From contig CAWIIQ010000003.1 in assembly GCA_963836185.1 (NCBI GenBank), forward strand, positions 384,001 through 448,000: 64,000 nt of DNA, read 5' to 3'. The position numbers were made by a program, and so were the translations under genes. Below are positions 41,807 to 51,381 of this stretch, piece by piece; within the stretch, counting starts at the first letter, position 1, and each line of letters opens with the position of its first letter. The notes under the pieces were generated by a model. The model worked only from the letters and a program-made list of their open reading frames with translations, did no database searches and had not been told where the DNA came from. The stretch comes from Candidatus Krumholzibacteriia bacterium (lineage in GTDB: Bacteria; Krumholzibacteriota; Krumholzibacteriia; Krumholzibacteriales; Krumholzibacteriaceae).

Positions 41807-44800
41807 TTATTCCGGCGGCGGTTTCCCCATGCGTACGAGGATCCGGTGCTTGATCAGGTCCCGGTGCAACGTAATCACGCCATCGGGCACATGCTGTCCG
41901 TCCATCTCCACCCGTGAGACGCCTCGCTCGCAGCCTTCCGGGTTCTCGACCTGGATCTCGTATACCGCCTCTCCATGACGATAGCTCATACTGAACCCTT
42001 TCCACCATCCGGGAATGACCGGATCCACCTGCATCTGATCTCCCTGTACCTTAAGACCCAGGACCTCTTCGACCCAGGTCCGGTACATCAAAGCAGCCGA
42101 ACCGGTATACCATGACCACCCGCCGTTACCGATCCGCCCCGGCAACCGGTACACATCAGCGGAGACCACGTAGGGCTCGACACCGTAGCGCCATACCGTT
42201 TCCGGATCGCGCGCATGCTCGATCGGGTTGAGCATGTGCAGGATCTTCGATGCGCGCGTACCATCTCCCCGGCGTGCCATTGCCATGGCGAGCCACAAAG
42301 CGGCGTGGGTGTACTGGCCTCCGTTCTCACGTACTCCCGGGGGGTACCCTTTGATGTATCCGGGTGACGGCTCTGATCTGTCAAAGGGAGGTGCGAGAAG
42401 CAGCACCAGGCCTTCGTCCTCGCGAACAAGATGTTCCCACGCCGAGTCCAGTGCAGTGTCAGCGCGATTCGCGTCGGCTGCGCCGCTCAGCCACGCCCAG
42501 GATTGGGGCAGGGAATCGATCATCGCCTCATCGTTCGCTGATGAACCAAGCAACGTGCCGTCGTCGAAGATCGCTCGTAGATACCATTTCCCATCCCAGG
42601 CCGCTCGCTCGACACGCTGAATCAGCGTCTTTCTCTCCTTCTGATAGATCCGGCTAAGGTCCGGCCGATCGAGCAGGTCAGACAGCTCGGCCATGCCTTT
42701 GAGCACATCCGCGATGAACCACCCAAGCCAGACACTCTCTCCCCTTCCCCCGGCACCGACAAGGTTCATCCCGTCGTTCCAGTCTCCTGTCCCGATCAAT
42801 GGCAACCCGTTGGGCCCAAAAGTCAGGCCTCGTGTGACTGAGTGCTGGCAGTGCTCGAAGAGCGTACCTCGCTTGAACGAGACCTCCGGTGTGGAAAAGA
42901 AATCGTGCTGACCGTCTTCCAGCGCGGGAGCGTTGAGGAATGGGACCACCTCGTGCAGGATGTCCATATCCCCGGTGGTCCGGATGTAATGGGCAACGAC
43001 GTAGGGCAGCCACAGAAGGTCATCGGAAATACGCGACCGGATACCTGAGCCCCCCGGTGGGTGCCACCAGTGTTGCACATCGCCTTCCTCGAACTGACGG
43101 CTTGCTGCGAGCAGTATATGCTCGCGCGCCAGTCCGGGATGCGCGAGCGGGAAGGCCATGATATCCTGCAATTGATCCCGGAAGCCGAATGCGCCGCTGG
43201 GCTGGTAAAAGGCGGAACGCCCCCAGATCCGGCAGGTGAGGCTCTGGTACAGAAGCCAGCGGTTGATCAGGAAATCCGCCGCGAGCTCGGGAGTGTGCAC
43301 TTCGATCGTCCCCAGCAGATCGTCCCACCACGCTGTCGTCCGGTTTAACGCGTTGTCGAAAGCCGTGTTTTCCCGGTATGTCCGGACAAGTGTATGGGCC
43401 TCCTCCACTGACCCTGCCTGGCCCAGCATGCATGTGATCTCTGATCTTTCGCCGGGAGCCAGCTCGACGGTGATTCGCAGCGCGGCACACGGATCGAATC
43501 CCGCTCCCGTCCGTTTCGAAAGGCCGGTCTGTTCCATCGCTGCCGGCTCTGACATCGGGCGATTGCGCCCCAGGAAGGAGGTGCGGTCGCCGCTGTACGA
43601 CTCCGCCGGTGGGGTCATGGCGGCGAAAGCCACCCGATCCCCGTAATCGGGGTGGTAACGGTTCCGGGCGAGCAACGCCCGGGCTTCGTCATCCCAGGAG
43701 GTCGTGACATGCATCTGGGAATCTTCACGGTTCTCACCCAGCGTCCATTCGACATAATAAGTGATCGACAGCACGCGCTGACGTGAGGAGTCGTTACGCA
43801 GCAGCAGTCTTTGCAGCTTGATCGGTTCGCCGCCGTCCTCATCCACCGGGACGAAGACCGTCAGTTCCTGCTCGATCCCATTGCTGTTATGCTCGAATAC
43901 CGTGTACCCCGCCCCGTGCCGTGCCCGATAGGCGGGCTCATCACGGATCGGCAACGGGGTCGGCGTCCAGCAGTCGCCGGTTTCTTCATCCCGGATGTAT
44001 ATCGCCTCGGAGGGTGGATCCATCACGGGATCGTTTGACCACTGCGTCAGGCGGTTGCGCTGGCTGTTGCCATACCAGGTAACCCCGGACCCCGTTTCAC
44101 TGACCGATGTCCCGAATGTAGGGTTGGCGATGATGTTGATCCAGGGCGCGGGCGTGTTGATACCGGGACCGAGATAGATCGCGTATTCACGCCCGTCCGG
44201 GGTAAACCCGCCCAGGCTGTTGAAGTAGGACAGCTCCATGAATGGGAGCGAAGGCGAAGGTTCCCTTGGAGCACTTTTTCTGGCGATGAGCTCCGGCAGC
44301 TCGGGAGTTTCCATGGTCATGCCTAATTGCTGGGGCAATGTGCCCCTGGCAGCGACCAGGACAACAGCCGCCGCGGCTCTGAGCAGCATGAGGTCTTCCT
44401 CCGGGATGAGATCCGCGCTGCGCAGATAGATCCCCCCTGGCCGATCGACCCCTGTATGCATCGAATGTGAATGGATCAGGCCCTCGATCCGTTCACGCAG
44501 CGGCTGCTCATAGCCGCTCGCCTCCTCGTTGAGGATCACCAGGTCCGCAGTCAACCCGCGCATCTGCCAAAGGGCGTGCGCCTGGAATATTTGACGGACC
44601 AGTGTGATATCCCGCTCCTGGCTTATGACGATCAGGACGATCGGCATATCACCAGAGATCCCGTAGGGCCAAAGGCCGGCCTGGCCCTTGCGGTTCTTTT
44701 CGATGCGTTCGGCGGGAGACCGAAGGTGAGGATTGGGGAACAGCAGGTGGCTTGCCAGCTGCTGGAAACGGCGGGCTTCGTCCGGCTGGATGCGAAGAAG

Positions 44801-47800
44801 GCGCAACTCGAGCTGGGCGGAGGCCCAGGCGATATCCATCGCCCGATCGATCGCATGGACATCGCTGTATTTACTCATCAGCTCCAGGACATGCTGGCGG
44901 TCTTCGCCGGCAGCGATGACCAGGGAAATCTGGATGCGCTTGCCCGGACCTATAGTCACGCTGCGCCGCAGGCTGAGGATCGGGTCGAGGACAAAACCCT
45001 GGTTGTTACCGGGTTCCTCGAATACACCCATAGGGTTCGCGAGTGTCCGTCCGATTCCGATGAACTGTCGCCGGTCGGTCTCGAACTGCAGGGCTTCATC
45101 CCCGGCATCGTTATGGGTAAAGCGGTGTGCGACATAGATGGGCGGATCGTCCTTGCTGCGAGGCCGGCGGTATGCAAGGAGCGCTTCATGTTCCGGCACT
45201 GCCTCGGTCTGGATGAACAGTTTGTTGAAGGCCGGATGCTGCCTGTCCGCGTTATGCGGCGCCATCGAGAGTTCAACGTAGCTCGTCAGATCGAGGCGGC
45301 GGGTGCGAACGGTCCGATTGAATAGAGTGATCCGTCGGATTTCTACATCGTCTTCCGGCGAGACGATGATCTCTGTTTCGGTCTGAATGCCGTTATCCTC
45401 TCGCCGGAAGACGGCACGGTCAAGCGCGAAGTCGGCGGAATACGCTTCGACCGTTCCGCCGGTCGGATGATACGCGTTGGACCATAACAGGTCCTGATCG
45501 GCTTCACGTATGTAACAGAAGGTTCCCCACGGATCCCTGGTGCGATCCGACCGCCAGCGGGTGATCTCAAAGTCGCCCCAGCGGCTGTATCCGCTGCCGG
45601 CGTTTGTGAGCATCAGACAATAATGGCCGTTACTGAGCAGCTGTGTCTTGGGTGTGGCGGTATGGGGCGTGTCGAACTTGCTTATTGATGGCGCCACCTC
45701 GCCGACGCTCATTACCGACGGCATACTGTCCCGCGTGGGGATGTGGTGCAGAGAAGGAAAGAGGGGGATGCGTTCGTGGAGCAATGGCTCGACCGCGCGT
45801 GCGCGCGGGTCGGCATGGAACCGGCGCTGGATGGGATTCCCGTGAATGAAGTTTGTCAGAGACAGGAACCCCATGCCCTGATGATGGGCCATGAAGGCCC
45901 GAACGATCACGCCGCGCTCGCTCTCGCGTCGCGGCCGCCGGCCGAAGTCCAGCGATTCATAGTAGCCGTAATCCTGAAGAAGCCCCGAGCTGGCCAATCG
46001 TTTCAGATTCTGCACTGTCTCTCTCGGCGCCGCGTTCACCGCAAGCAGGGTGGCATAAGGCGCTACGACTACCTCTTCCCTGGCGCTGCGCTTCAGCCCG
46101 AGCTCGGGTACGCCGAAGGCCTTGTACTGGTAGACCTTATTGACGTCCAGATCTCCAAAAGCAGATTCCGAGATCCCCCACGGCACGCGGCGCTTGCGGC
46201 CATACGCGATGTGGATCGCAACGGTTTCACTGGTCGCTTTATCCAGGAGTGAGTTTCCGTACGAGCGCTGGAAGATCAACGGCATCATATATTCGAACAT
46301 GCTCCCCGCCCAGCTCAGAAGCGCCCGGTGCCGGCCGATAGAGCCGTAGGGCCGGCTCATGGAAAACCAGTGCTCGATCGGGACATCCCCCCTGGCAATC
46401 GCGATGAAACTTCCAAGCCGCGCTTCACTCGCCAGGAGATCGTAATAGGATTTATCCAGGCGGCCTTCAGAGACGTTGTAGCCGATCGAAAAAAGCCGGC
46501 GTCTGGTGTCGTACAGGAAGCGCATGTTGATCGATTCGGATAACTCGCGTCCGTCCAGTATGAACTGCCTTCCCAGCGCAAGCATTTCTCCAGCCAGCCA
46601 GGTTGACTCCGCGAAGGACAGCAGAAGGCGGTCGATCCATTCGAAGAGAGGGGCCGCGTCTGCGGGAGCCTCTTCCCGGATCATTCTGAATATATGAATG
46701 CAGGCGACGTTTTCGTTGGCGAGATCGAGAAGCGAAGGCGCGCGACGCAGATCGCTCCTGCATGCGAGCAGCAGATCCCGGCCAAGCGGCGCGATCTCCT
46801 CTTCCGTCTTTTCAGCGAGGATCTCGATCCAGGCGAGGTAGCGATCCGCGATCCCGAGCCAGGCCGCTGCTTGACCCTGCATCTGCCTCGCCCAGAAGAC
46901 CGCACTCGCTTCAGCATCAGTGGACGCACGTACCTCATCGGCAATGGCCCATACGCGGCCTTCCACCTGACGCAGCAGGCGTATGGCATCGGCGATCCGC
47001 TCCGGCGGACTTTTCAACGTGTGCAGCAGTTCATCGAGGCCCCGGGCATCGAACCGGGACAGGGTTTCCTCTTCGACTGCCTCTTTCAGGATCTCCGCGG
47101 TGTCCCGCAGGCCCTCAAAGGCTTTCGAATCCAGAACATGCGCCTGGATCAACTCGTCGAGCCCCTGCTCCAGGGCCCACAGGCAACCAAGGAGGTTTCC
47201 ACTGTCCACCATGGATACGTATCGGGGCTCAAGAGGGGCCAGAGTCTTAATATCGTACCAGTTCAGCAGATGGCCTTCATAGCGCTCCAGCTTGCCGAGC
47301 GTCTCCGCGGTGCGCGTCAGATCTTCGATGACCTGGTCCACCGTCACATATCCGAAATCATGCGCGCCGAGCGCGCTGAGCATCCAGAAACCGATATTGG
47401 TAGGGCTGGTGCGCATCGACAGCTGGTCCGTATGGGAGACCTGGTAATTGTCGGGGGGGAGCCACGAGCTCTCATCATTGACAAACTCCGAGAAATAGCT
47501 CCAGGTTCGCCTGGCGACTCTTCTGAGGAACCGGATATCGCTTTCAGGAAGGTGGGAGCGCCGGGGGCTCACAATCGGTCGACCGGCCAGGAGCCATCCG
47601 ATCAGAGGAGATACGAACCACAACACGAGCCATGGAGCGGCTGCCGGAAGGCTCGAAGGAGCCCAGCGCTGCACCGCCCATCCCGCTGTCACACTGAAGA
47701 TGCTCGACAAACCCAGTGAAATGACGAATGTCCGGACCTTCCCGGGAGCGTTCCAATGCATCGCCTGTGCGGAGGTCCACTCGAGCAACTTCCGATGTGT

Positions 47801-50800
47801 GATGAAGCGGCGATAACAGACCCGCGAAAAGGCATCCAGAGTCAGCCACGCCTGGTGCGGAAGGAGCGCGGCCTCGACGATCGCCCGCAGAAGGTCGTGA
47901 ATCGATTTCGAGAATGAAAAGCCCTTCAGCCATCGACCGGTGGTTGCCCATGTAAATGGCTGCACCAGGGGGTGGAAGAGCAGCTGTATGGCGACGACGC
48001 AGGAAGATATCAACCCCAACCGGGAGGAGATCAGCCAGGAGGCCATGAGCAGGCCCAGGCTGGTCATGGGCACCAGGCTTCGGCGCAGGTTATCGAAGAT
48101 CTTCCAGCGGTCGAACCCGGAAAGCGGATTTTGTTCCCGCCGTCCCGCAGGTCGGGGGACACGCGGGAAGATCCAGTCCGCGATCTGCCAGTCCCCACGG
48201 ATCCACCGGTGCTGGCGGCTACTGTAACTCAGGTAATCCTGCGGGAATTGATCATAAAGCTCGATATCGCTGGCCAGGCCCACTCGCACGTGAGCACCTT
48301 CGATCAGATCGTGGCTCAGCAGGCATTCTTCAGGAAACCTTCCGGAAAGCACCCTGCTGAAGGCGCGCACATCGTAGATGCCCTTGCCATGGTATGACCC
48401 TTCGCCGGTGAGATCCTGATTTACATCGGAAACGGCTCTCGAATAAGGGTCGATTCCGACAGGGTCCGAGAATAGCCGGCTGAAAAGCGAGGCGTTCGTG
48501 CTAGGCAGGGAGGGGCTGACGCGGGGTTGGATTATAGAATAGGAGCCGGCGCTGATATTGCCTTCGGCATCAAAGCGCGGCTGGTTGAGAGGGTGTGCCA
48601 GCGTCTCGATCATCCTGCGCGCGGTGTCGTGAGGCAGCTGTGTATCGCTGTCGAGTGTGATGACGAATCTTACGTCGTATAGATGATCCGGATCACCGAC
48701 GTATACCAGCCTGCCGGCATCCTCGGGCCGCGTTCCATCGATAAGACGATTGAGTTCTTCCAGCTTCCCGCGCTTGCGCTCCCAGCCGATGAATTTCTGT
48801 TCGGACTCGCTCCATTTTCGCTCCCGGTGGAAGAGGAAGAAACGCTCATCACCATACCGAAGATTGAGGGCCTCGATACCTTCGGTCACCGCTCGGATCA
48901 GGAGCTCGTCATCCTCACCATGTTCCTGATCCGAATCCGTATGATCCGAGTAGAGGCCGAAGAGCAGATTGGACTCTTTATTGGCCAGGTACCGGATCTC
49001 AAGATTTTCCGCCGCGGCCCTGATTGTATCCGTATTCACCAGCATCATAGGTACGACGACGAGCGTGCGAAATTCATCGGGGATCCCCGAATCCTCGAAA
49101 TCCATCTTTGGAAGTGTGCGCGGCGGAAGCAGCCGCGTGATGACGTAGTTTACGATCTCGAGCGAGAGCTGGCTGGCTGGGATCGACAAGAGGAGGGCTA
49201 TCAGAAGCCGTCTCCCCGTGGTCTGTCCACTCATGCCGGACAGGACAATCAGTGTGATGAATGCGGTGGAGAAAATACCGACCCCGAGAAAATACACTGC
49301 GGAATGATGGCGGTAGACCCAGTGCAGGAGGCGGAAACGAAGCTTTTCTCGGCATCCTGCGAGCCTCGCCAGCTCCTGTCTTCCTTCATCGATCAGATAC
49401 GTTCCGACATGGGCCCAACGTTCATCCGCTGCCGGTTCACGGGCGGAGCGTGCCGCCAGATCGATGGCCTGCCGGGCAACCTGGTCCTCAGGCTGGCCGG
49501 ACCCGCGGGCGAGTTCTTCGATCATCCGGCGATACCGGTCGCGTGTGTCGAAATCCATCCGGGGATAGATACCCGAAGGATCCAGGCGTAGCAGCCGTTC
49601 AACCCGGCTGAGCTTTTCGAATATTTTTCTCCAGTCCAGAAGGGCGAGTTGCCGCAGGCTGGTGAACGCGTTCCCGATCGATATCTGATCTTTCATCTGA
49701 CGGGTGTGCTCGCGAGGGTTGAGATCGCCGAGAGGTTTCCGGAACGCCCGCTCGAGCCATCCCTGGACCGGTGCCAGCGCTGCTTCCTGATCGTAGAGGT
49801 TCTCGATCAGTTGAGAAGCGAAATAAGTGCTCGGGCTCGGCTGTATTTCGGCGAGTTCCGCGAGAATCGAGAAGAGTTGATTGGGATCTCGCCGGGTGGC
49901 GATAATCAGCCGGTTCGCCCAGAAATCGGCGATTTCACGCTCTCGCAACTCTGTCAGTGCATTTTCCGCGAGGTTCGAGATGCTCTCTATCAACACCGCG
50001 CGCAACATCTGCGGGACGGCCCAGAGTTCTCCGATCGACAGCGTGCTGATGGACTGATATGCCTCGATAAACGCGAGGATGTTCTCCTGGTCCAGACGAA
50101 GGTCCGTGCGGGAGACGAGATCCCTCGCGAGGCCGTAGATGCGAGGCAAGCCGCGGCAGGGCTCGTCGGCGAGTGACGGCAGATCAAGGTAATAGTGCCT
50201 GGGAAGGTTCATCTGGATCTCGCGGACATTGCTCTCGACGATGTACTCGTTGTCCAGGAGCCATTCGGCAGTCGGAGGCGTGCTCTGTCCAAGCCGACTC
50301 GCTTCGGCGAGATCCGTGCATGCCCGGTGTATCCATCGTCTGGTCTGTTCGAGCCGCTTGAGCAGTCCGATGTCCGGACGGGTATCCGGGTCCACACGTT
50401 GTTCCCCGGCGAGACGCTCCGCGTACTCCGGGATCTGCACAGCCGAAAGCGGATTTCCGAGGTTCTCCATCTCGCCAACGAGACTCTCTCGCTTCGGATG
50501 CAGTATGAATATGGCAGGAGGGATCTCGCCGCTCTCCCGCAGAATCGCCACCGGGGAATGCAGCTTTTCGACAGGCGTCCGGAGAATCAGAACGGTCTCC
50601 CCGGAAACCAGCCAGCGCGTGTGATCCTCGATCAGTCTTCGTTCCAGGCCGAACCTCGATCGACGTATCCATATTGCGCTGAAGAGGATTCCCGCTAATC
50701 CCCCCGCAAGGCCCTGAACCAGGGTGGAAGGGACTCCGCTCAGAACAGGCGCCTGCCAATCGAGGATTATAGAAATAACTCCGGCGAGTACCCCGAACAG

Positions 50801-50983
50801 GATGAAAGCAACGGCCGCCCAGAAAATCTTACGCCATGGGAAGGGGTCCCGCGTATGTATATCTCCATTCGTAGTCTTGCTTACAAGTGCAGCGCGGCGG
50901 AACCCTTTCCTCTGCAGCTTCTTGAAGACTGCGCGGGCTTCATCCCGTTTCGCGAAGTAAGCTATGAGAATGCCTGTTTCCAT
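41807..50983 (-). CDS. cgs: Cyclic beta-1,2-glucan synthase (GT84 + cyclisation domain + GH94), 3058 aa
   Basis: EWLLDNEY, GWERKRGKL, LDSDT, SHDLIEG, HRWIRGDWQ, LPPDNYQ, GAFGFRDQLQD, GDWNDGMN, RENGGQYTH; NdvB/ChvB architecture. Confidence 0.92.
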   Translation of the reverse strand: METGILIAYFAKRDEARAVFKKLQRKGFRRAALVSKTTNGDIHTRDPFPWRKIFWAAVAFILFGVLAGVISIILDWQAPVLSGVPSTLVQGLAGGLAGILFSAIWIRRSRFGLERRLIEDHTRWLVSGETVLILRTPVEKLHSPVAILRESGEIPPAIFILHPKRESLVGEMENLGNPLSAVQIPEYAERLAGEQRVDPDTRPDIGLLKRLEQTRRWIHRACTDLAEASRLGQSTPPTAEWLLDNEYIVESNVREIQMNLPRHYYLDLPSLADEPCRGLPRIYGLARDLVSRTDLRLDQENILAFIEAYQSISTLSIGELWAVPQMLRAVLIESISNLAENALTELREREIADFWANRLIIATRRDPNQLFSILAELAEIQPSPSTYFASQLIENLYDQEAALAPVQGWLERAFRKPLGDLNPREHTRQMKDQISIGNAFTSLRQLALLDWRKIFEKLSRVERLLRLDPSGIYPRMDFDTRDRYRRMIEELARGSGQPEDQVARQAIDLAARSAREPAADERWAHVGTYLIDEGRQELARLAGCREKLRFRLLHWVYRHHSAVYFLGVGIFSTAFITLIVLSGMSGQTTGRRLLIALLLSIPASQLSLEIVNYVITRLLPPRTLPKMDFEDSGIPDEFRTLVVVPMMLVNTDTIRAAAENLEIRYLANKESNLLFGLYSDHTDSDQEHGEDDELLIRAVTEGIEALNLRYGDERFFLFHRERKWSESEQKFIGWERKRGKLEELNRLIDGTRPEDAGRLVYVGDPDHLYDVRFVITLDSDTQLPHDTARRMIETLAHPLNQPRFDAEGNISAGSYSIIQPRVSPSLPSTNASLFSRLFSDPVGIDPYSRAVSDVNQDLTGEGSYHGKGIYDVRAFSRVLSGRFPEECLLSHDLIEGAHVRVGLASDIELYDQFPQDYLSYSSRQHRWIRGDWQIADWIFPRVPRPAGRREQNPLSGFDRWKIFDNLRRSLVPMTSLGLLMASWLISSRLGLISSCVVAIQLLFHPLVQPFTWATTGRWLKGFSFSKSIHDLLRAIVEAALLPHQAWLTLDAFSRVCYRRFITHRKLLEWTSAQAMHWNAPGKVRTFVISLGLSSIFSVTAGWAVQRWAPSSLPAAAPWLVLWFVSPLIGWLLAGRPIVSPRRSHLPESDIRFLRRVARRTWSYFSEFVNDESSWLPPDNYQVSHTDQLSMRTSPTNIGFWMLSALGAHDFGYVTVDQVIEDLTRTAETLGKLERYEGHLLNWYDIKTLAPLEPRYVSMVDSGNLLGCLWALEQGLDELIQAHVLDSKAFEGLRDTAEILKEAVEEETLSRFDARGLDELLHTLKSPPERIADAIRLLRQVEGRVWAIADEVRASTDAEASAVFWARQMQGQAAAWLGIADRYLAWIEILAEKTEEEIAPLGRDLLLACRSDLRRAPSLLDLANENVACIHIFRMIREEAPADAAPLFEWIDRLLLSFAESTWLAGEMLALGRQFILDGRELSESINMRFLYDTRRRLFSIGYNVSEGRLDKSYYDLLASEARLGSFIAIARGDVPIEHWFSMSRPYGSIGRHRALLSWAGSMFEYMMPLIFQRSYGNSLLDKATSETVAIHIAYGRKRRVPWGISESAFGDLDVNKVYQYKAFGVPELGLKRSAREEVVVAPYATLLAVNAAPRETVQNLKRLASSGLLQDYGYYESLDFGRRPRRESERGVIVRAFMAHHQGMGFLSLTNFIHGNPIQRRFHADPRARAVEPLLHERIPLFPSLHHIPTRDSMPSVMSVGEVAPSISKFDTPHTATPKTQLLSNGHYCLMLTNAGSGYSRWGDFEITRWRSDRTRDPWGTFCYIREADQDLLWSNAYHPTGGTVEAYSADFALDRAVFRREDNGIQTETEIIVSPEDDVEIRRITLFNRTVRTRRLDLTSYVELSMAPHNADRQHPAFNKLFIQTEAVPEHEALLAYRRPRSKDDPPIYVAHRFTHNDAGDEALQFETDRRQFIGIGRTLANPMGVFEEPGNNQGFVLDPILSLRRSVTIGPGKRIQISLVIAAGEDRQHVLELMSKYSDVHAIDRAMDIAWASAQLELRLLRIQPDEARRFQQLASHLLFPNPHLRSPAERIEKNRKGQAGLWPYGISGDMPIVLIVISQERDITLVRQIFQAHALWQMRGLTADLVILNEEASGYEQPLRERIEGLIHSHSMHTGVDRPGGIYLRSADLIPEEDLMLLRAAAAVVLVAARGTLPQQLGMTMETPELPELIARKSAPREPSPSLPFMELSYFNSLGGFTPDGREYAIYLGPGINTPAPWINIIANPTFGTSVSETGSGVTWYGNSQRNRLTQWSNDPVMDPPSEAIYIRDEETGDCWTPTPLPIRDEPAYRARHGAGYTVFEHNSNGIEQELTVFVPVDEDGGEPIKLQRLLLRNDSSRQRVLSITYYVEWTLGENREDSQMHVTTSWDDEARALLARNRYHPDYGDRVAFAAMTPPAESYSGDRTSFLGRNRPMSEPAAMEQTGLSKRTGAGFDPCAALRITVELAPGERSEITCMLGQAGSVEEAHTLVRTYRENTAFDNALNRTTAWWDDLLGTIEVHTPELAADFLINRWLLYQSLTCRIWGRSAFYQPSGAFGFRDQLQDIMAFPLAHPGLAREHILLAASRQFEEGDVQHWWHPPGGSGIRSRISDDLLWLPYVVAHYIRTTGDMDILHEVVPFLNAPALEDGQHDFFSTPEVSFKRGTLFEHCQHSVTRGLTFGPNGLPLIGTGDWNDGMNLVGAGGRGESVWLGWFIADVLKGMAELSDLLDRPDLSRIYQKERKTLIQRVERAAWDGKWYLRAIFDDGTLLGSSANDEAMIDSLPQSWAWLSGAADANRADTALDSAWEHLVREDEGLVLLLAPPFDRSEPSPGYIKGYPPGVRENGGQYTHAALWLAMAMARRGDGTRASKILHMLNPIEHARDPETVWRYGVEPYVVSADVYRLPGRIGNGGWSWYTGSAALMYRTWVEEVLGLKVQGDQMQVDPVIPGWWKGFSMSYRHGEAVYEIQVENPEGCERGVSRVEMDGQHVPDGVITLHRDLIKHRILVRMGKPPPE

Positions 50984-51299
50984 TCTCTATCCTTTTGTCA
51001 CACTGGTTTTAGCCTCGAGGTATTGCGCTGGATTTCACAGGGCGGGAATCTTCAATGCAACTTCGGAGCGTCAATCAGGCTGCGTCTCTGATCAAGAGTA
51101 CATGGGTGTATGAGATTTCACTGTAGCCCCGACACGAGAGTAAGTCCATACTTATAATCGGTTGTAGGAAGCGGTATCATCGGTCGTTCGGCGACAGCCT
51201 TCATCGATCTATCCCTGTGTAAGCCCAAACGCAGGATCGGCACCCCGACTCAGTCTTTTCCTTCCCTACCCGGGTCCATATTCCCCGCTCCATTCAAAG

Positions 51300-51345
51300 C
51301 AAAGAAAAACCCGGCCCTGAAGTCTCGGATCACTCCAGGGCCGGG
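51300..51345 (-). terminator. Intrinsic terminator after the subtilase gene
   Basis: Minus strand CCCGGCCCTGGAGT...ACTTCAGGGCCGGG followed by TTTTTCTTT. Confidence 0.8.
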
Positions 51346-51381
51346 CACCCTTTAAGTACTTTTTCTCAAAAGAGACACGTA

